Below are positions 55,401-64,000 of a DNA stretch of 64,000 bases, piece by piece. Numbering within the stretch: position 1 is the stretch's first letter; every line of letters starts with the position of its first letter. The notes under the pieces are model-generated. The model was not told where the DNA came from and searched no databases. It worked only from the letters and a program-made list of their open reading frames with translations. A program made the translations under genes and the position numbers. The stretch spans positions 412,416-476,415 of the forward strand of contig NIVC01000225.1 of NCBI GenBank assembly GCA_002269645.1, in the 5' to 3' direction. This DNA is from Macrostomum lignano (lineage: Eukaryota).

Positions 55401-55829
55401 GCTTTCTAATAAAGAGAGTCATCGGTCATGCGTGTTACATTGGCCTGAATTCTGTTGTTAACCCGCAGTGAGGAAGTGCAGAAGTTTTATTGTTACACAC
55501 ACACACACACACACACACACCCAGTGTTCCGACTTGATTGTAAATTAGTTCAGGTGTCGCTGATACAGCTTCAGGAATTCATGCCATATGGCCATTGTCC
55601 CCGTCTGCTGACTGTGTAATATTGATTAAATCTGTCACCGCTGCCGTGACAGTGACAGAGCGTTCGAATTCCGCGGCTCTGCACAGGGCTGCGCTAGAAG
55701 TTACAGAATTAAGAGGGGTTTTGGTGTTTAACATTGTCTGGATGCAGTGGGGCGTGATTGAATGCTAGAATTTATCATTGCGTGTCTTTTCTGCAGTTGC
55801 CAACTCCTAGTCCATACCTTCTGCGATTC

Positions 55830-56540
55830 ATACTCTCCCTCTCGCTCAACCTCTCCCTCTCCCTCTCGCTCAACCTCTCCCTCTCCCTCTCGCTCAACCT
55901 CTCCCTCTCCCTCTCGCTCAACCTCTCCCTCTCCCTCTCGCTCAACCTCTCCCTCTCCCTCTCGCTCAACCTCTCCCTCTCGCTCTCGCTCTCACCGTCT
56001 CTCCCTCTCGCTCTCGCTCAACCTCTCCCTCTCCCTCTCGCTCAACTTCTCCCTCTCCCTCTCGCTCAACCTCTCCTTCTCCCTCTCGCTCAACCTCTCC
56101 CTCTCGCTCTCGCTCAACCTCTCCCTCTCGCTCTCGCTCAACCTCTCCCTCTCGCTCTCGCTCAACCTCTCCTTCTCCCTCTCGCTCAACCTCTCCCTCT
56201 CGCTCTCGCTCAACCTCTCCCTCTCGCTCTCGCTCAACCTCTCCCTCTCGCTCTCGCTCAACCTCTCCCTCTCGCTCTCGCTCAACCTCTCCCTCTCCCT
56301 CTCGCTCTCACCGTCTCTCCCTCTCCCTCTCGCTCAACCTCTCCCTCTCGCTCTCGCTCAACCTCTCCCTCTCGCTCTCGCTCAACCTCCCCCTCTCAAC
56401 CCTCTCTCCCTCTCCCTCTCACCACTCTCTCCCTCTCCCTCTCCCTCTCCCTCTCCCTCTCCATCTTCCTCTCCCTCCCCCTCCCCCTCTCCCTCTCCCT
56501 CTCCCTCTCCCTCTCTTTCTCACCCCTTCTCTCTCTCCCT
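55830..56540. repeat. CT-rich 24-bp repeat (CTCTCCCTCTCGCTCTCGCTCAAC) grading into (CTCTCC)n
   Basis: Direct reading. Confidence 0.92.
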
Positions 56541-57234
56541 CTCCCTCTCCGTACCTTTTCCTTTCTCCTTCTCCATCATTCCGTTTTCCTGTATCTCCCT
56601 CTCTCCCCCTCGATCAGTCGCTCTACTAAAGATAAAAAGCTTCAAAATTGATATTTGAGATATTCCATCAGTCCCATCTTTATTATTCAACTTTGGTAGT
56701 CTAGTAATCCACAATAAATGCTAAATCAAAATTTCACATAGCTTGCCTGAGCAAAAACAGTTAAATTATGTGCTGTTAGAGATAGACTGTACCGGGAAAA
56801 GACCAGTCAGAAACCTTTATTCAGTTTTGAGGGAGGGGGTTTGTTGCTTGGGACCCGCGCTTGCCTTTGTCTTTGCTGCGCCGCCCACGCAAAGCCCGCC
56901 TTGCCTGTCTCTGGCCATAAACCAGGGCTCGAGGCGACTGGGTTGTAGGGGCTTCATCAAAATTACGTAACCGAATTTCATTCGCATATAGCGAGCGGAT
57001 TTCGTGCCCCGGTAACTGGCCAAACAGATAACTCGTATAGGAGCGCGTGAAAAGACAGCAGCCGAGTGATGAAGGCTTTGAAAAGGAAATTAGACACCTC
57101 CTTCATAACAAACAGCCGCAGCAGCGGACCACTTATTTGTGCGCCATCAACTGAGTATTTTAGACCCCTATTGACTGGGCACCCGAGTTAGGGAGGCTGC
57201 GTGGGGTGGCCGCTCGGGTTCTTCGGTGTGTCAG

Positions 57235-57331
57235 TCAACTGCGCTGCGGTACCGGCAGCGACTGCGTCAAGAATTCTTGCCGCTTTTCGGTTGCGATGCG
57301 CAGTTTCGGCTTGTTTGGAATCTGGACTGCG
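57235..57331 (-). CDS. Possible orphan terminal exon (AVQIPNKPKLRIATEKRQEFLTQSLPVPQRS*)
   Basis: GC-rich, acceptor CCCCAG| directly abutting the (CAGA)n array, phase 2 to a stop; upstream exons not found. Confidence 0.25.
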
Positions 57332-57342
57332 CTGGGGCTGGC

Positions 57343-58087
<745 letters not shown>

Positions 58088-58981
58088 TAGCCTATAGTTT
58101 TTCTTAGTGTCTGGCTGTCCGTCTCAATCTTTTACAAGTCTCCACAGTTCTCTGAAACATCGAAAACTTTAATAAGGACAGAAATACCTGATCGAGTTGC
58201 AAGGAACACACAGAGATTTTCGGCTAAATGCCACTGAACCATAATCAGTTCTGCTCTGATTGCATGCCAACATTTTTTAGCTATGATTTTGGCAATCGCA
58301 CTTTTTTCTACAAAAAAATCTGCCACTGCATGTATATGTACACAGCCATAGCCATAGGAAATGTATGCATTACAAAGAGCAATGATTGTATTTAAAGAAC
58401 AGAAAGCATGGCATACAAATGCTCTCCTTATAAGGTAAGGTATCGATTTCTATAGTAAATATGGGAAAAGGAAGCTGAACTTCCTCAGACTTTGCAGGGG
58501 AGTTGGGGTGGTTGAGAAGGGGAGTCCACGAGAAGGCAATTGGAGCCAAAAGGCTATATGGTCGCATTTAAAACGTTCTTGTTCCCCAGTCAGACGTTGC
58601 TGGACTTACTGAAATTAATATCCAGGCGTGGGGGGGGGTATGGTTGTGCTGTGCTGGGAGCGCTGCACTCAGGAGCTCTTCCCCCCCCCCCAGTGCCTGA
58701 CTCGCTATGAAAAATGAACAAGTGAGTCAACAGTGAACAGTTGGATTTGGCTTGAGGCATTGGGGTTGAGTCAAACTCAATTTCACAATGCATGAATTCT
58801 GCTGAGAGCTTGAAATCCTATACAGGAATTGTTTTTTTCTATCCCCAGGCCTGCTGGATGCAGCTCAACGATTCATTAATTATCCTATCAATTGGGGCTT
58901 TTGACAAGTTGATTTTTGGCAATTATAATTGTCTGTCATTTTGCTGCGGATGCTCTCTGAGTCACCGGGGAATTGTTGGTA

Positions 58982-59462
58982 TGGATTGCTAATCTATAGC
59001 CAACATCACGGTGATAAATACTCGTAAGTAGAATAGATTGCTAATCTAGCCAACATAATGGTGAATGAAGGAATAGAATGGATTGCTAATCTAGTCAACA
59101 TCATGGTGGATGTAGGAGTAGAATGGATTGCTAATCTAGCCAGCATCATAGTGGATGAAGGAATAGAATGGATTGCTAATCTAGCCAACATCATGGTGGA
59201 TGAAGGAATAGAATGGATTGCTAATCTAGCCAACATCACGGTGGATGAAGGAATAGAATGGATTGCTAGTCTAGCCAACATAATGGTGGATGAAGGAATA
59301 GAATGGATTGCTAATCTAGTCAACATCATGGTGGATGAAGGAATAGAATGGATTGCTAGTCTAGTCAACATCACGGTGATAAATAAGTAGAATGGATTGC
59401 TAGTCTAGTCAACATCATGGTGGATGAAGGAATAGAATGGATTGCTAGTCTAGTCAACATCA
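58982..59462. repeat. 45-bp minisatellite (GGATTGCTAATCTAGCCAACATCATGGTGGATGAAGGAATAGAAT)
   Basis: About 10 copies. Confidence 0.94.
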
Positions 59463-59964
59463 GGTGGACCCACAATTTACACACATTTTTTTCGCTCGAC
59501 TTTCAACCCTGTACCCAGAAAAAATTGCATTCCACGGGTCGGTGAAGTCTACCCGCCGCCTTTGAAGATGAGAGAGAGAGAGAGAGAGAGAGAGGGGGTG
59601 AAGTGGCCGAATCCTTGGTTTTAAACCTCAAAATGGCCTCGGCCTGTCCCTTGAAATGTAGCAGTTGGGTCGAGAGAAAAACCATCATACTGGAGAGCCG
59701 CACCTGCCCGCGAGCCTTGGCAGGCGCCCTAATTATCCCAAATGATTAACGAGTTTGGGGGGACAAGCGAAAGTTTTGTACTTAAAATGGACGAAAAAAT
59801 AACAAAAATATAAAAAATGTTGGCACCAGTTTAAGAACTTTACTGAAACTAAAAATTGAAAACAAGCCAAAAATTATTTTGGTTGTTTCTGAATATTTGA
59901 TTTTGCACTTTTATTTATTTTAGTTTCAGCACAGGAAAGGTGTGGGCCGGCGTGGGATGTAGAG

Positions 59965-60882
59965 ACTCCAGCCAGCAAAACCCTGGATGTGTGTGTGGGG
60001 GTAGAAACTCCAGCAAAGCCCTGGATGTGTGTGGGGGTAGAAACTCCAGCAAAGCCCTGGATGTGTGTGGGGGGTAGAGACTCTAGCAAAACCCTGGATG
60101 TGTGTGTGGGGGTAGAAACTCCAGCAAAGCCCTGGATGTGTGTGGGGGTAGAAACTCCAGCAAAGCCCTGGATGTGTGTGGGGGTAGAAACTCCAGCAAA
60201 GCCCTGGATGTGTGTGGGGGGTAGAGACTCTAGCAAAGCCCTGGATGTGTGTGTGGGGGTAGAAACTCCAGCAAAGCCCTGGATGTGTGTGTGGGGTGTA
60301 GAGACTCCAGCAAAGCCCTGGATGTGTGTGTGTGTGGGGGTGTAGAGACTCCAGCAAAGCCCTGGATGTGTGTGTGGGGTGTAGAAACTCCAGCAAAGCC
60401 CTGGATATGTGTGTGTGGGGTGTAGAGACTCCAGCAAAGCCCTGGATGTGTGTGTGGGGTGTAGAGACTCCAGCAAAGCCCTGGATGTGTGTGGGGGTAG
60501 AAACTCCAGCAAAGCCCTGGATGTGTGTGGGGGGTAGAGACTCTAGCAAAGCCCTGGATGTGTGTGTGGGGGTAGAAACTCCAGCAAAGCCCTGGATGTG
60601 TGTGGGGGTAGAAACTCCAGCAAAGCCCTGGATGTGTGTGTGGGGTGTAGAGACTCCAGCAAAGCCCTGGATGTGTGTGTGTGTGGGGGTGTAGAGACTC
60701 CAGCAAAGCCCTGGATGTGTGTGTGGGGTGTAGAAACTCCAGCAAAGCCCTGGATGTGTGTGTGTGTGGGGGTGTAGAGACTCCAGCAAAGCCCTGGATG
60801 TGTGTGTGGGGTGTAGAGACTCCAGCAAAGCCATGGATATATGTGTGTGGTGGGTAGAGACTCCAGCAAAGCCCTGGATGTG
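59965..60882. repeat. 36-42 bp minisatellite with variable (GT)n spacer (CCAGCAAAGCCCTGGATGTGTGTGGGGGTAGAAACT)
   Basis: About 23 copies. Confidence 0.94.
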
Positions 60883-61354
60883 TAAGATTGTGCAGTGAAA
60901 TGTTCCAGTTTGCAGCATCTAGGCTGTACTGCAGGGTCGCATGAGTTTTAATCGTTAGTAAAGGTTACACTGAGGCTGGTTTTTACAAATACAATATAAA
61001 ACTGCAGGTATTTCAGTGAGTTCCCATCTAGCATTAAGTCAGCCAGGACCCAGGGCGAACTGAATCAATCCATTGATTCTCGCGCCTCTGCTTTTTCACC
61101 AGCCTCTCTCTCATCTGGGCTTAAATCGATTGCTTTCTTAGAAAGTTTGCTGCTTCGCGGATAAATTATTTTGCCCAATAGCCTTCCGGGGTTGCCAGGA
61201 GTCGATAGTAATGGGAATAATTACTGGCACTGGCTTATGCAGGCGTTTTGGCATCATCCAGACAATGGAACCATTATTGCTTTATCGATCAAAGTTCATT
61301 TGCAAAACTGCAGTTTTTAATGTTTTCTTTCTCTGTGACTTTGGCCCTTCTCTC

Positions 61355-62100
61355 ACTCTGTCTCTCTGTCTCTCTCTCTCTCTGTCACTGTCACTATCTG
61401 TCCCTGTGTGTCACAATGTCACCGTGTGTCACTCCCTGTCACTCTGTCACTCTTTGGCACTCTTGGCACTCTGTCACTCTCTGCCACTCTCTGTCTCTCT
61501 CTGCCACTCTCTGTCTCTCTCTGCCACTCTCTGTCTCTCTTTTTCCATCTCTGTCACTCTTTGTCACTCTTTGTCACTTTTTGGCACTCTTTGGCACTCT
61601 GTCACTCTCTGTCACTCTCTGTCACTCTCTGTCACTCTTCGTCCCTCTCTGTCTCTCTTTTTCCCTCTCTGTCACTCTTTGTCACTCTCTGTCACTCTTT
61701 GACACTCTTTGGCACTCTGTCACTCTCTGTCACTCTCTGTCACTCTCTGTCACTCTTTGTCACTCTTCGTCCCTCTCTGTCTCTCTTTTTCCCTCTCTGT
61801 CACTCTTTGTCACTCTCTGTCACTCTTTGACACTCTTTGGCACTCTGTTACTCTCTGTCACTCTCTGTCACTCTCTGTCACTCTTTGTCACTCTTTGTCA
61901 CTCTCTGTCACTCTTTGGCACTCTATGGCACTCTGTCACTCTCTGTCACTCTTCGTCCCTCTCTGTCTCTCTTTTTCCCTCTCTGTAACTCTCTGTCACT
62001 CTTTGGCACTCTATGGCACTCTGTCACTCTCTGTCACTCTCTGTCACTCTCTGTCTCTCTTTTTCCTTCTCTGTCACTCTTTGTCACTCTTTGTCACTGT
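61355..62100. repeat. 10-bp CTCTGTCACT-based degenerate array
   Basis: Direct reading. Confidence 0.92.
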
Positions 62101-62223
62101 CTGACAACAGAATTCAATAAAGCAAGTTTTCCAAGTGCAAGGCAAGGGGGTTTTGAAAGACAAATAACCAGACAGGAAAATTTATAAGTTCAGTTCCGAG
62201 GGACAAAATGGACAGTCAGGATC

Positions 62224-62326
<103 letters not shown>

Positions 62327-62828
62327 CCCTTCTTCTATTTTTACTTTCTGGCAATAAAAAAACACATTTCTCGTGCCGCTTCTTCAACTTTACAACTAGA
62401 AAAACTGGTAATTTGAGAGACAGACAGAGAGAGGGCTGCCAAGAGAGGGTGAGAGCAGTGTATGGAGGAATGCATGGGGGTCCGTGTCCCCCCCCCCCAA
62501 GCACTTTCTGCCAGCCTGCCAAATAACAAAGAAAAGTGCCCACGTTTTCCTGCAGAGGCGCCGCTACTTCTGTTGACTGACAGCACTACAGCAACACAAA
62601 ATTTGCATACAATCAGCTGCTTGAAGCTTTAGCAAATTAAAGAAATGACAAATCTACGACAAGAGACACTTTTGGAGCAGGCAAAACTTTTGTTAGCAAC
62701 GCTTTAGAAGCGCTCACGGCGCGGCGCTTGTTACACGCAATGGTTTCGCATCGAAAATTTAATAATTCAATCAATTTTTCTTCAGTCCGCTTTCCAAAAA
62801 TTTTCAAAACAATTTATTTGTTCCGCAG

Positions 62829-62964
62829 ATTTAGCAGTTGGCGATCTGCCGTCGGCTACAGCACTCGCGGCGAAGTCAGTCAGCTTGGCGCCTGTCATCA
62901 GCAATGCGGAACCGGCAGCTGAGGCCCCTGACGACTGCTTTGGCGCCAATTTTTCTAGCTATTG
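62829..62964 (+). CDS. Possible orphan internal exon (LAVGDLPSATALAAKSVSLAPVISNAEPAAEAPDDCFGANFSSY)
   Basis: Acceptor TTTGTTCCGCAG|, donor TTG|GTGAGA, open frame, GC-rich; partner exons not identified. Confidence 0.25.
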
Positions 62965-63344
62965 GTGAGACAAATAAAGGAGAGTTTTACAAGTGCTTAA
63001 GTTGTTGGAAGCGGGGGGAAGTGCATTGGGGAGAAGTTTTTTACAGGGGCGAGAAGTGAGAGAGAGAAGGAGGGGCGGAGCAGCTCAGCAATCGGACTCT
63101 CGTGCGATGGTTCAATTCACTTCTTGGGGCTTGTGAACGAAAATTGGCCTTTGGAGGGGTTGGTTGTTGTGCGATTTACAGCCATTAGGGCCAGTCCTCA
63201 GAGAGTGTACATGCCTGAGGATTAGAGAGTCAAAGGGTCTCTGTGCACCCTGCGTGAGCGTGTGTTTAAGTGCGTGCCTACGCACAGTATTGGCGCTCTT
63301 GTATGTTCTCAGGAGTCCACGGGATGGGCAGAATTGCAGAGAGA

Positions 63345-64000
63345 GATGCTCAAGGAGATGTGAGACGTGTACAAGGAGATGTGAGACATGTACAAGGAGA
63401 TGTAAGACATGTACAAGGAGATGTGAGACATGTACAAGGAGATGTGAGACATGCACAAGGAGATGTGAGACATGCACAAGGAGATGTAAGACATGTACAA
63501 GGAGATGGAAGACATGTACAAGGAGATGTGAGACATGCACAAGGAGATGTAAGACATGTACAAGGAGATGTAAGACATTTACAAGGAGATGTGAGACATG
63601 TACAAGGAGATGAGAGACATGTACAAGGAGATGTGAGACATGTACGATGAGATGTAAGACATCTACAATGAGATGTGAAACATATACAAAGACACGTGAG
63701 AGATGCACAAGGAGATTTTAGAGATGCAGAAGAAAATGTGAGACATGTACAAGGAGATGTGAGACATGTACAATGAGATGTCAGACATATACAATGAGAT
63801 GTGAGACATGTACAAGGAGGTGTGAGACATGTACAAAGACATGTGAGAGATGCACAAGGAGCTTTGAGAGACGTACAATGAGATTTGAGAGATGTACAAG
63901 GAGATTTGAGAGATGCAGAAGAAAATGTGAGACATGTACAAGGAGATGTGAGACATGTACAATGCGATGTAAGACATATACAATGAGATGTGAGACATGC
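63345..64000. repeat. 21-bp minisatellite (ACATGTACAAGGAGATGTGAG), runs off the window
   Basis: Direct reading. Confidence 0.95.

Overview
Eukaryotic (metazoan) genomic DNA with spliced genes; no prokaryotic features or CRISPR. GC-rich exons, introns filled with minisatellites and acceptor-like AGs just before ATGs resemble a Macrostomum-like flatworm genome (inference only). Six genes could be reconstructed by hand with phase-consistent GT-AG introns: the 3' end of an AGAP/centaurin-gamma ArfGAP (+, 1-1188), a secreted PAN/apple + LamG/ConA-like protein (+, 8922-10780), a multi-LCCL-domain gene with a recent tandem exon duplication (-, 11715-14091, 5' end unresolved), a CCP1/4-type cytosolic carboxypeptidase (-, 20489-32099, 5' end unresolved), canonical poly(A) polymerase (+, 38892-45018), and an unrecognised 6-exon gene with microtubule-inner-protein-like motifs and an apparent 1-nt frameshift (+, 46634-52937). 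Mobile DNA: three CORE-like tRNA-SINEs, a decayed Harbinger Myb/SANT remnant, MITE-like elements, a solo LTR with a 5-bp TSD (50479-51321), and a 3.3-kb TG..CA element with a 4-bp TSD (14517-17806) that contains a second LTR plus tRNA-Gln PBS flanked by a 55-bp direct duplication. The most striking pattern is that 14 of 24 reconstructed introns carry a tandem-repeat array, each with its own unit, and several units contain splice-site-like motifs on the sense strand. Most long ORFs in the supplied track are artefacts of these repeats.
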